IMG/VR virus record: IMGVR_UViG_3300036766_001793
Span: 101,485-165,484 of that record
Origin: a virus
Strand: one strand, 5' to 3'
Length of the DNA: 64,000 nucleotides
Made by a program: the position numbers and the translations under genes. Positions 55,622-64,000 of the stretch are shown here, piece by piece (the stretch's first letter is position 1; every line of letters starts with the position of its first letter). Below the pieces are notes generated by a model. It was not told the origin of the DNA. It saw only the letters and a list, made by a program, of their open reading frames with translations, and did no database searches.

Positions 55622-56835
55622 GCGGGGCCCGCCTCGCCGGCGGCCGCGCGTCCCGCCTGGGCCTCGGCGAGCAGCTCCTCGAGCAGCTCCCTCCCTACCT
55701 TCCTGGCCAGCGCCACTCCGGCCCCGCGCTCCGGCTTGACCTGCCCGAGGGGCTTCGACCACAGGATCCCCGACCGGAGCTCCCTGGCCCACCTGGCTAT
55801 CGTGCCGTCGTCCGCCGAGCGGAGCCGCTCCCTCGCGTTCCTGATGTTCCTCATGTCGAACTTGACGTTGTGCCCGCTGGACCTCCCGGCCTCCACGAGG
55901 TCGGCGACGCCGAGCACGACCTCCCTGAGCTCCTCCGGCCTGTCGACGAACGGGCTGTCCGGGTGCTCGGCCGGCACGAGCCACACGACGATGGCGCCGT
56001 CCGCGTCCCGCCTGCCGGTGGACAGCGCGGCGCACCAGAGCTTCGCAAAGTCGGGCCTGAAGTCGATGAACCCTCGGGTCTCTAGGTCGAAGGTGAGGAT
56101 CCCATCGTGCGCCGCGACCTCGGCGGCCATCTCCCTGAAGGCCCCTATGTCCCGCACCTCGACGATGCTCACCCTCGGCTGGCCGTGGACCCCGAGCAGG
56201 AGCTGCCTGAACTTGGACACGTCCTGCGCGAACGCCTGGTAGTAGGCAGGGTACCTGAGGACGTAGCCCGGGTGGACGGTCGGGACGACCCAAAGGCCGC
56301 GCTCCCCGTCCCACATCGAGCGGCCCCTGTGCCTCATGAGGCCGGCGGTCCTGGTGAAGAACCAGTAGGCGGACGCCCCCATGGCGAGGACGACCTGCGG
56401 CCTGACGGCCCTGATCTCCTCCTCGAGGTAGTCGGCGCACTCCGCCTGGGCCCGCTTGACCCAGAGCTCGTTCCTCGTCTCGCCGGAGCCCGCCGGGCAC
56501 TTGACCGCGTTCGTCACGTAGATGTCCTCGCGGTCCAGGTCGAACTCCCTCAGGACGAGGTCCAGGAGCTTGCCCTGCGTGCCGGTCGAGGTGATCGGCC
56601 GCAGCTTCCCTAGGTCCCTCGCGCTGGGGGCATCCCCGATGACCATCCCCCTGGCGGGGGCGGGCCCGTTCCCCCACTGGCACCTCTCGCCGGCCCCGGC
56701 GTTGTGCTGCAGCGGGCACCGCGCGCAGTCCGGCTCCCGGTGCCTCCGCGCCATGGCGGCGGCCTGCCTGGAGACGGGAGGGTCCTCCTCGCGGCTCGTC
56801 AGCCTCGTCCTCTGGTACGGGCGCGCCTCGGTCAT
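55618..56835 (-). CDS. Uracil-DNA glycosylase (family 4-like) fused to the N-terminal half of the 3'-5' exonuclease
   Basis: CARCPL, IGDAP, TNAVKC, HP; then FDLET (Exo I) and GHNVKFD (Exo II). Confidence 0.9.
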   Translation of the reverse strand: MTEARPYQRTRLTSREEDPPVSRQAAAMARRHREPDCARCPLQHNAGAGERCQWGNGPAPARGMVIGDAPSARDLGKLRPITSTGTQGKLLDLVLREFDLDREDIYVTNAVKCPAGSGETRNELWVKRAQAECADYLEEEIRAVRPQVVLAMGASAYWFFTRTAGLMRHRGRSMWDGERGLWVVPTVHPGYVLRYPAYYQAFAQDVSKFRQLLLGVHGQPRVSIVEVRDIGAFREMAAEVAAHDGILTFDLETRGFIDFRPDFAKLWCAALSTGRRDADGAIVVWLVPAEHPDSPFVDRPEELREVVLGVADLVEAGRSSGHNVKFDMRNIRNARERLRSADDGTIARWARELRSGILWSKPLGQVKPERGAGVALARKVGRELLEELLAEAQAGRAAAGEAGPA

Positions 56836-57266
56836 CCCCTGGTGGCCCTCCCCTGTCGGCCGAGGTCCGCGAGGGCGTCCGCCCTCTCGTTGCCGGGGTC
56901 GCCGGAGTGGCCCTTCACCCAGACGAGGCGCACGTCGTGCCTCCTGACCTGCTCGTGGAGCTCCACCCAGAGGTCGTGGTTCTTCTGGCCCTCCTCGCCG
57001 CGCTCTATGCGCCTGATGCCCCAGAGGTTCACGACGTAGCTAGAGTCGGCATGCACGACCACGCGGGACCTCTCCCCCACGGAGCGGAGCGCCATGATCA
57101 CGGCCGTGAGCTCCATCCTGTTGTTCGTCGTGTGGGGCTCGCCGCCGCAGATCTCCCTGAACAGCCCGCCGCCGTCCGTGATGAGGGCGCCCCAGCCGCC
57201 GGGGCCGGGGTTGGAGGGCGCGCAGCCCCCGTCGGTGTAGATGTGGATCTCGTGGAGGTCTCCCAT
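56832..57266 (-). CDS. rnhA: Ribonuclease HI
   Basis: YTDGG..NPGPGGWG, TTNNRMEL, DSSYV, WVKGH, GNERAD. Confidence 0.96.
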   Translation of the reverse strand: MGDLHEIHIYTDGGCAPSNPGPGGWGALITDGGGLFREICGGEPHTTNNRMELTAVIMALRSVGERSRVVVHADSSYVVNLWGIRRIERGEEGQKNHDLWVELHEQVRRHDVRLVWVKGHSGDPGNERADALADLGRQGRATRG

Positions 57267-57309
57267 GCCCTGATGGTACCGGGCCGGATCGCGCGCGATC
57301 CCGCATCCT

Positions 57310-57648
57310 TGCATGGGATCGAACGATCAGTGCCCTGAACCCCGGAGGTTCCGAGGGAGCAACCCCTACCCCTTGGACTCAAAATCCAATGGGAGGGGCA
57401 GCGCCCCGATTGCCACGTATGGCCCTCGGCGCTGCCTGGTCGGGTTCATTAAGGCGGTCCCGATGTTTCATCGCCGGGCGGGAGCTTGTCCCCGTCCGGC
57501 TAGGCCCTGCTTTTTGGGCCACCCCTCGCCTGCCAAAGTGTCTAGGCACGTATCTTACCGCGAATAAGGCTGCTGGCGCAGCGACACCAGGGAAAGGGGC
57601 CCAGCATGGCGCACCGGCTGACGTGCGAGCCCACAGGAGCTCTTTCCG
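57310..57648. ncRNA. Highly structured intergenic element (~340 nt)
   Basis: Many nested helices; no credible ORF; strand not determined. Confidence 0.55.
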
Positions 57649-57650
57649 CC

Positions 57651-58142
57651 CTATCCTCTGACGTCCGCCTTCTTGGGATCGAATGACGTCACGAGCGCGA
57701 TGGTGATTGGGTCGTTGGCCCCCTGGTCTTGCTCCTGGAGGGAGTCGAGGAGGGCGGCCTCCGTCACGCGCTCGTCCTCCACCGCCTGGAGCCACTCAGG
57801 AAGCCTCAGCTCCACCTTCACCACGGTCACGAGCTGGTGGAAGAGCTCCGGCCCAACGGCTGCCAGGAACGCCTCTGGGTCGATCTTCGGCGTGGCCTCC
57901 GGGCGGGTGATGCGCAGGGCCTTGCCTATCTCAGGGACATTCAGGTACTGGGATGCCCCCTTGGGGAACGGGAGGTCGTACGAGGAGGCTATCTCCCTGA
58001 TGCGGTCCTTCAGGACTTTCTCGTCGGCGGCCAGGCCGGCCTTGCTGAAGAGAACTCGGTCTAGTTCCACGGAAATTCTGAAGAGCTCCTTCTGGAGCTT
58101 GGGGCCGACGTTGCGGCGTGGCGGGGTTGCTGGCTGTGCCAT
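57651..58142 (-). CDS. Hypothetical protein
   Basis: AGGAG RBS. Confidence 0.75.
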   Translation of the reverse strand: MAQPATPPRRNVGPKLQKELFRISVELDRVLFSKAGLAADEKVLKDRIREIASSYDLPFPKGASQYLNVPEIGKALRITRPEATPKIDPEAFLAAVGPELFHQLVTVVKVELRLPEWLQAVEDERVTEAALLDSLQEQDQGANDPITIALVTSFDPKKADVRG

Positions 58143-58275
58143 CGTGGTCTCCTGTACTGTGTTGGGACTAATACACTACTGCCGAGGGGCGCCGCGGCCG
58201 GCAGCGGTGGCGCTAGAAGCAGAGGGCGGCCGATCTGGCCGCCCTCGCTTCATGCTACCCTCGGCGCGCCGTGGG

Positions 58276-59322
58276 TTACGCCTCCGCGAGGCCGAGGGCG
58301 TCCCTGATGGCCTGGAAGACAGGGCCCGGGTTGTGTGCGACGCCGAAGCCGGCTTGCTCGAAGGCCCGGCGAAGCCTGGGGTCGCTGGAGTCGCGCCCGA
58401 TGCGGGTGAGCGCGTTGTAGAGGCCGAACATCGTCGGCTCCTCCTGGTACGTGGCGTCCACGGTCGCCTCGGTGAGCGGCTTGGACTTGATGGGGCCGAA
58501 GGTGTTGGCCCTGAGGCCGGCCCTGACGGGGGCCAGCCGATCCTCGGCCGACGGCGGTAGGTCGAGCTCCATCCTGGTGAGGCCGGCGATGCCCTGGACC
58601 GTGTGGAAGACCGCCTGGATGGTGTCGTCGACGATCGCGAGCGCCAGCTCGATGCGGGCCGTCGGGTCCTGCCACTCCACACGGCGGATGGCGGTCTTGA
58701 GGCTGTTGGGCTCTGCCGCCACGGCGCCGTTGAGGCAGACGAGGCGGTAGACGTTCCCGCGGATGCCGATGCTAACGTTGCTGTTCTGGCGGGCGAGGAC
58801 GTCCACCCCCGCCTGCACTACGTCCCCGACGCGTGGCTCCGCCGCCCGCGGGGAGACCATCCTGAGGACCAGGCCCTCGTCGTCGGAGAACCAGCTCGCC
58901 ATGCTCAGGGCGCCGCCGCCGAAGCGCTCCGCAACTGACTCCACCAGCTGGGTCGGGTCTATGGGCGACGACGACTCGCGGAGGAATCCAGTCACCACCC
59001 CGGCGGACTCGCCGCCCCCGCCGCCCTCGACTGCCAGGATCCCGCGACCGATGGCGTGCGGCAGGAAGGTGTTGAAGTTCTCGGCTGCGATGCCGTTGTC
59101 GATCTTCTTCACGTAGCTCGCCGTGACCCCGATGCGCCCGCAGATCTGGTTGATGGCCCGCTCCGTCATGTCGTAACGGTCGGACCCATAGATGAGCCGG
59201 CCGGTCTCCCCGTCGACCGACAGGACGCTGACGTCGGTCGTGACGAGGGTCCTGTTCCTGCTCCTGAGGAAGGATGCGGCCTCCTCGAATGTTGTCCCAG
59301 ACCTCTCCTGGGCGTTGACCAT
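58276..59322 (-). CDS. DUF932-like protein
   Basis: RLVCLNG motif; T.FGLYNALT. Confidence 0.8.
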   Translation of the reverse strand: MVNAQERSGTTFEEAASFLRSRNRTLVTTDVSVLSVDGETGRLIYGSDRYDMTERAINQICGRIGVTASYVKKIDNGIAAENFNTFLPHAIGRGILAVEGGGGGESAGVVTGFLRESSSPIDPTQLVESVAERFGGGALSMASWFSDDEGLVLRMVSPRAAEPRVGDVVQAGVDVLARQNSNVSIGIRGNVYRLVCLNGAVAAEPNSLKTAIRRVEWQDPTARIELALAIVDDTIQAVFHTVQGIAGLTRMELDLPPSAEDRLAPVRAGLRANTFGPIKSKPLTEATVDATYQEEPTMFGLYNALTRIGRDSSDPRLRRAFEQAGFGVAHNPGPVFQAIRDALGLAEA

Positions 59323-59399
59323 GTGCACTTGGCGTTCTCCTGTATTTGAGTACGCCCATAGCGTACCAGGCCCGTCTGAAAGCGCCGGCGGAGGATCTC

Positions 59400-59729
59400 C
59401 TACAGGAACCCGACCGCCTGCCCGAAGCGGGAGGCTACCCTTTCCACCATGCCCCTGGTGTGCGGCGGGCATGTGGCGGCCTCCACGAGGACGCGCTGGT
59501 TGCTGAGCGAGGCCAGGAGCCCCTGGACGAAGCCTGGGGCGCAGATGGTCTCTAGGCCGAACCTGATGAGCACCCGGTCTCCCTCGCGCAGCCCCATGCC
59601 CGCGACGATGGACATGGCCCGCTCCCTCGTGGCGAACGTCCTGCCGGAGCCGTCTGAGATTATCCAGAGGCCGCGCTCCCCGTCCCACCTCGACCGCTCC
59701 CGGTGCTCTGGCAGGTCCAGGATTTGCAT
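59400..59729 (-). CDS. STAS-like (DUF4325-like) protein
   Basis: TFATRERA...I.F......PGF. Confidence 0.55.
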   Translation of the reverse strand: MQILDLPEHRERSRWDGERGLWIISDGSGRTFATRERAMSIVAGMGLREGDRVLIRFGLETICAPGFVQGLLASLSNQRVLVEAATCPPHTRGMVERVASRFGQAVGFL

Positions 59730-60379
59730 CAGTCGGCTGCTATGGCGTAGCCTAGGGTCGGCCAGCACTTGCCGCAGTAGCGGAACGGCTCGAACGCGCT
59801 CTTTGCCCCGACCCTGCTCTCCAGGTAGCTCACCCCGTGGCCGACCGTCGCGTCGCAGCCTGAGCACGAGTGGACCTTCCTGGCGGCGCGCACGTTGGCG
59901 TCAGCCGGCTTCCCGTTCAGGGTGATGTTCGTCACCGCCTTCTCGGTCAGCGCGCGCTTGGGGCGGACGGTGGCGATCGGGAGGAACCCATCGTCAGGGA
60001 TCTCCTCTGCCGGCGGCCCGCTCGGGCCGCCGGCCGGCGCGCGGTCTAAGCGCGCTCTCGGGGTGGCCTGGGCGACGACCCCCTGGACGGCGTACCTGGA
60101 GGCGGCCGTCTCCTCCTCCATGGCCCGTATCCGGGCGTCCTCCTCGGAGGTCCACCCCCGGCAGACGTGCTCCACGCTGTGGTCGTCAGCCGTGGCCTTC
60201 TTGGTGCTCCACGAGAACTGTCGGCGGCTGACCCACCACACCCTGAGGTGGCAGCTCGCCAGGGGCCTGTGCCCGGGCGGGGAGATGACGGCAATGCAGA
60301 AGTCGTAGTGGCCGCTCGGGTCATGGTCGCGCTCCTCGGCCTGGGGGGCCGCCGCCTGGTCCTTCGTCTTGCGAGCCAC
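59729..60379 (-). CDS. Hypothetical protein with a C-terminal Zn finger
   Basis: TATAAT and GGAGG upstream; ARK.H.C..C...YC..C. Confidence 0.75.
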   Translation of the reverse strand: MARKTKDQAAAPQAEERDHDPSGHYDFCIAVISPPGHRPLASCHLRVWWVSRRQFSWSTKKATADDHSVEHVCRGWTSEEDARIRAMEEETAASRYAVQGVVAQATPRARLDRAPAGGPSGPPAEEIPDDGFLPIATVRPKRALTEKAVTNITLNGKPADANVRAARKVHSCSGCDATVGHGVSYLESRVGAKSAFEPFRYCGKCWPTLGYAIAAD

Positions 60380-60432
60380 TGGGTCCTCCGTTGGTTTGTG
60401 CTCAGAGGATTATATCATAATCAGTGCCATCT

Positions 60433-60945
60433 CTATGCAGGGAGGACGCCGGGAATGGCTGCCCTGAGTGACTCTTCGAGCACCGCCTCGTATCCCTCGT
60501 CGAACCTCCATTGGAGGCCCCTCGACATGTAGAGGAAGGCCTCGAAGTAGCGGTCCGGGAGGATGGCCCCGGCCTCCACCGGGCAGCCGCCGCGCAGCAT
60601 CCTGCCCGCGGCCTCGGCGTTCTTGGGCCAGAAGCGGAAGGAGCGGGCCTCGAGCAGGTAGGCGACGTGGAAGAGCCCGCCCGGCCTCAGGCCCGCCGCC
60701 ACCTCCCCGATGATGCTCATCTGGGCCCTCTGCTTCATGATCCCCGGGCCGCGCTCGGGGAGCTCGTTCAGGTGGCCCTTGTACTCGAAGTACACGTCCT
60801 CCCCGAGCCCGTACCCGAACAGGTCGATGTCCATGGCCTTCAGCCGCCAGTCGGCCGACAGGTGGAGGGCCATCCTGTACTGGTCGCTCGGGCCATACCG
60901 CCAGGGCCACAGCATCGGCCTTCGCTCGATCGTCCCATCGGTCAT
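60433..60945 (-). CDS. Hypothetical protein, possible PD-(D/E)XK fold
   Basis: MDID...FEYK. Confidence 0.65.
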   Translation of the reverse strand: MTDGTIERRPMLWPWRYGPSDQYRMALHLSADWRLKAMDIDLFGYGLGEDVYFEYKGHLNELPERGPGIMKQRAQMSIIGEVAAGLRPGGLFHVAYLLEARSFRFWPKNAEAAGRMLRGGCPVEAGAILPDRYFEAFLYMSRGLQWRFDEGYEAVLEESLRAAIPGVLPA

Positions 60946-61172
60946 AGCTTCCCCACCTCCGTGAACCTCGGCCTTGACAGCCCGTCCGGCCAGGCGACGA
61001 GCTCGTCGAACCCGGCTGGGCCCTTCATCGGCCTGGCGTTCCACCTCGGGCCGTCAACGTCCTCCAGGTTGATGTAGATCGCCATAGGTTCGCCGGTCTC
61101 GGAGTGCCTGGCGACGCAGACGACGCGGTACAGGCCCCCGTCGCAGTGTCGGTAGAGTCCGGTCCTGAACAT
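60942..61172 (-). CDS. DUF1653 family protein
   Basis: GLYRH..GG.Y.V...ARHSET.E....Y...W..RP...F...RF. Confidence 0.88.
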   Translation of the reverse strand: MFRTGLYRHCDGGLYRVVCVARHSETGEPMAIYINLEDVDGPRWNARPMKGPAGFDELVAWPDGLSRPRFTEVGKL

Positions 61173-61195
61173 CGGCAGCATCGTACCAGGCCCGG

Positions 61196-61399
61196 CTAGG
61201 CCACCATCTGCTGGAGCTCGCGGAGCTTTGCCCCGTAGGCCTCTGCCGCCTGCGCGCGGTCCCTGTACCTGAGCTTCGACTGGGCGGCCAGCGGGTCCCC
61301 GACGGTCCACCCGAGGACGTAGTCCCCATCGTCCTCCAGCCAGAGGGCGCAGAACGTGTCCCCCTGGAACACGCACCCGACGAGGGTTTGCCTGCTCAC
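61196..61399 (-). CDS. Small hypothetical protein
   Basis: Coupled ORF. Confidence 0.6.
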   Translation of the reverse strand: MSRQTLVGCVFQGDTFCALWLEDDGDYVLGWTVGDPLAAQSKLRYRDRAQAAEAYGAKLRELQQMVA

Positions 61400-62670
61400 C
61401 GGCCGCTAATCCTGCCGAGCCTGCGGCGCCACGCGGCGTCCGTGGCTTCGTCCGTCCGCCAGTGCTGGAAGTCGTCCCCGCCGGTCCCGGCGAGCTCCGC
61501 CGGGAGGATGAACGGGCCCCTGGGAGCTGCCGCCGCCGCCACCGAGCGCCGCGTCGGCCTCCTGTCGGCGGAGTGGAGGTACGAGTCCCCGACCGCCCGG
61601 CCCGCGGAGCCGTCCCTGAGGTCCTTCGTCGCCGCCCAGCTGATCCACCAGCGGGACAGCATGAACGCCTTGCCGAGAGGGAATTTCGCTGGGGGGCGGC
61701 CGTCCGCGACGGTGACTTCGTAGAGCTGGCCGTCGTCCAGCGCGGCCAGGTCCCACGAGTGCTCCACGCCGGCAAGAAGCCTCTCCGCCTCCAGGCCGGC
61801 TTGCCTGCGGTCTGAGACCCTGCCAAGGGTCTCGAAAACGAGGAACGACTCGAGCCCCTCCCTGGCCGTTCGTAAATCTCTGATCGGGTCCTTGAAGTCA
61901 TAACCCTGCCTGGCCCACGCGTACTTGCCGACGGTCATGTCCGCCTCGAGGTCCACCCGCCTGAAGCCCATCCTGATGTACGCGCCCTCCGCCTGGCGGT
62001 TCATCCTCGCGGCGAGGGACCCGCCCTGGTGCCCGGGTTCGAGCACGAAGAGGTCGTGGTGGACCGTCCCGGTCCCGGTGTCCATGGAGCGTTGGAGGTT
62101 CCCGACGTTGTTCCCCCGGTCGTCCAGTATCTCGGCCCGCATGCTGACGGTGGCCTCTCCCGAGTAGCCGGGCGACATCCTCATGTTGCCGAGCTGGTAC
62201 CCGGGGGTGTCGTAGATCGCCGCGAAGAGCTCTCTCGCGGCCGCCGGGTCGTCGTTTACCAGTCTCAGGAGGTCGCCGGGGCTCGCTGGCATCTGCCCGC
62301 CGGAGTCCAGCTCGTCGAGCTGCTGGTCCTTGGCGGCGTCCGCCAGGGTCTCGGGGCCCATCCTGGCCGGGCCGCGGGCGGTCTCCACGACCGCGCCGCC
62401 GCTCGGGAGCATCTCGCGCACCCTCGCCGGGCCCGCTGAGGTCGCCACCGCCGCCCCCGGTCGTGGCTCCTGCGCCCTGGCCAGTCTGGCCCCGCGCCTG
62501 GCCGTCCGGCGGCGCTGCTCCCAGCCGCCGTGCCCGGAGGAGGCCCTCCAGCGGAAGAAGCGCCCGCCGCGTGGGCCGGTCTCAGCGCGGGCCCCGGGGG
62601 GCGGCTCCTCGCCGGGCTGCAGGTACACCCTGTCGCCCTCGTGGTAGGCCTTGTTTATCCTGCTGGGCAT
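61396..62670 (-). CDS. GPRGG-motif protein 6 with a GNAT-like domain (paralog of 8061-9557)
   Basis: INKAYHEGDRVYLQPGEEPPPGARAETGPRGGRFF; HQGGSLA...VGKYAWARQGYDF. Confidence 0.82.
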   Translation of the reverse strand: MPSRINKAYHEGDRVYLQPGEEPPPGARAETGPRGGRFFRWRASSGHGGWEQRRRTARRGARLARAQEPRPGAAVATSAGPARVREMLPSGGAVVETARGPARMGPETLADAAKDQQLDELDSGGQMPASPGDLLRLVNDDPAAARELFAAIYDTPGYQLGNMRMSPGYSGEATVSMRAEILDDRGNNVGNLQRSMDTGTGTVHHDLFVLEPGHQGGSLAARMNRQAEGAYIRMGFRRVDLEADMTVGKYAWARQGYDFKDPIRDLRTAREGLESFLVFETLGRVSDRRQAGLEAERLLAGVEHSWDLAALDDGQLYEVTVADGRPPAKFPLGKAFMLSRWWISWAATKDLRDGSAGRAVGDSYLHSADRRPTRRSVAAAAAPRGPFILPAELAGTGGDDFQHWRTDEATDAAWRRRLGRISGR

Positions 62671-62714
62671 CGCGTCCATGGTAGCCGGCCGGCCGGCTGT
62701 GGCGGGGCCCGGCC

Positions 62715-62930
62715 TCACGGGGGCGGGCTCGCCTTCGTGGTCGTGACCGATAGGACGAAGCTCGGGAACTCCCTCGGGTCCCCTGGGGTCGCGAGGGCGC
62801 CCACCCGCGCCTCGTCCGCGGCATCGGCGGTCTCGAGCACCCACCGGCGCAGGTCCCCCATCGTGAGGGACTGGCCGGACAGCTGCCTCGTCATGATAGT
62901 GTGCGACATCGGTGGTGCCTCCTCGATCAT
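62715..62930 (-). CDS. Small hypothetical protein
   Basis: Coupled ORF. Confidence 0.55.
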   Translation of the reverse strand: MIEEAPPMSHTIMTRQLSGQSLTMGDLRRWVLETADAADEARVGALATPGDPREFPSFVLSVTTTKASPPP

Positions 62931-63229
62931 CCGTTCGCTTTCGGTCCCCTGGGGGCGTCGAAGTACATGGGCTCGTATCGCATCAGATTACCGGAGCACC
63001 CCGGACACAGGTCCAACGGGTCCTTGAGGGCCCTGTGCACGACCTCCCACCCGGCGCGCTCCGCGAGGCGCCTGATCTCCGGCTCCAGCTCGGAGAACGG
63101 TCTGGTGCCGATCGGCACCACCACGCCCGGCCCGTAGGCTCCGCAGGCGCTGCAGACGACGTGGACCATCCGCTCCAGCGGGCGGTCGCCCGGGGCGGCA
63201 CTCAGGAACCTGCGCGCCGGCCTGGTCAC
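62927..63229 (-). CDS. Small Zn-ribbon protein (CSAC...GW...DLCPGC)
   Basis: Paired CxxC; GAGG RBS before GTG. Confidence 0.65.
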   Translation of the reverse strand: MTRPARRFLSAAPGDRPLERMVHVVCSACGAYGPGVVVPIGTRPFSELEPEIRRLAERAGWEVVHRALKDPLDLCPGCSGNLMRYEPMYFDAPRGPKANG

Positions 63230-63408
63230 AGGGCCTCCTCGCCTATCCTGAGCAGCGGGTGCGCACGCTCGCCGTCGTAGCCCGGCACGGCGATCCAGGC
63301 GAGGGCGTCTAGGCAGCCGTCGCACGCGGAAGGTGTCCATTCGTGTCCCTTTAGGACGGTGTGCCTGAGCGCTTGTTTGAGCCTCGCCTCGCGGTCGCTA
63401 ACCGTCAT
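63226..63408 (-). CDS. Small hypothetical protein
   Basis: Coupled ORF. Confidence 0.55.
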   Translation of the reverse strand: MTVSDREARLKQALRHTVLKGHEWTPSACDGCLDALAWIAVPGYDGERAHPLLRIGEEAL

Positions 63409-63802
63409 GCCCCTCGCTCCACGTCAGCCACGCCAGGCAGATGGCCTCGCAGGGTGTGTCGGCCGGCTCCCCATCCGTCAGCTCCGGGTGCGGGTCGCAG
63501 ACCCAGAACCTGCCGGTGTCGTCACGGTCGCTGGAGAGCCCGTACCCGTCCGGCAGCTCCTCGAGCAGCATCATGGCCTGGGCGGCGTCGTGGAGCGGGT
63601 CGAAGTCCGCCTCGCCGACGAAGAAGTTCGGGGCCGGCGAGATCGGCTCAGTGCTGATCCAGGACGGGCCGCCCCACCGCGCGAACGCGGTCCTGTCTGG
63701 GCCGTCCGGCACGTTCCAGGCGGCGGTCCCCGCCCGCTCCCAGCCGCGGGCATCTGCGATGCGCCTTTTCAAGTCCCATACGCCGTTCCGCCCGCTCCTC
63801 AT
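63398..63802 (-). CDS. Hypothetical protein (FDP..D...A...A.T..EAICLA.L)
   Basis: ORF with a small-phage-protein pattern. Confidence 0.65.
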   Translation of the reverse strand: MRSGRNGVWDLKRRIADARGWERAGTAAWNVPDGPDRTAFARWGGPSWISTEPISPAPNFFVGEADFDPLHDAAQAMMLLEELPDGYGLSSDRDDTGRFWVCDPHPELTDGEPADTPCEAICLAWLTWSEGHDG

Positions 63803-64000
63803 TTCCGCCCCCCGAAGAAGAGGCCGGCGACTGACATGGCGATGGCCGCCGCCGCGGACTGAATGAGGGTGACGTCGGGGGCCCCGAAGGCCGGGGCGAC
63901 GACGTAGTTCCAGACCGCGTAGACCAGGGCGGACGTGACGGCGAGCGACGCCGCCAGGACGGCGGCGGCCAGCGCCACGACGGTGAGGAGCCAGAGCAGC

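Noticed and set aside
1-64000. Numerous long plus-strand ORFs
   Set aside because: They are antisense shadows of GC-rich minus-strand genes, with no recognisable motifs.
1-64000. Prophage boundary or host chromosome
   Set aside because: No integrase, att-like duplication or run of host housekeeping genes; phage-type organisation is continuous.

Overview
A 64-kb, GC-rich segment of a large tailed dsDNA phage genome. Essentially all genes are on the minus strand, and no integrase or CRISPR array is visible. From left to right it contains: (1) a tRNA array (18 canonical tRNAs) interleaved with non-canonical tRNA-like and CCA-terminated structured RNAs; (2) a protein phosphatase and several unrelated proteins that share one ~26-aa 'YL..GE..P.G..V..GPRGGR(F/Y)' tag; (3) a self-contained sortase-type cell-surface protein gene; (4) an intein-containing metallophosphoesterase, a class II ribonucleotide reductase, an exonuclease and RuvC; (5) a Pnk/nucleotidyltransferase/Rnl1 RNA-repair operon and an MBD4-like glycosylase; (6) a packaging module with two GroES paralogs, a kinase-like protein, a portal with three inteins and a TerL with an HNH intein; (7) a T4-like pyrimidine-modification cassette; (8) a replication/recombination cluster (RecA, SSB, sigma-like factor, primase, MT-A70 MTase, DnaB, a split UDG-exonuclease/PolA with an intein, RNase H); (9) a ~340-nt structured intergenic element and small accessory genes. 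The best candidates for new biology are the GPRGG-tagged protein family (possible capsid-loaded effectors), the non-tRNA structured RNAs in the tRNA array, the polymerase split inside its proofreading domain, and the putative modified-cytosine pathway. All calls come from motif recognition by eye; no searches were run.
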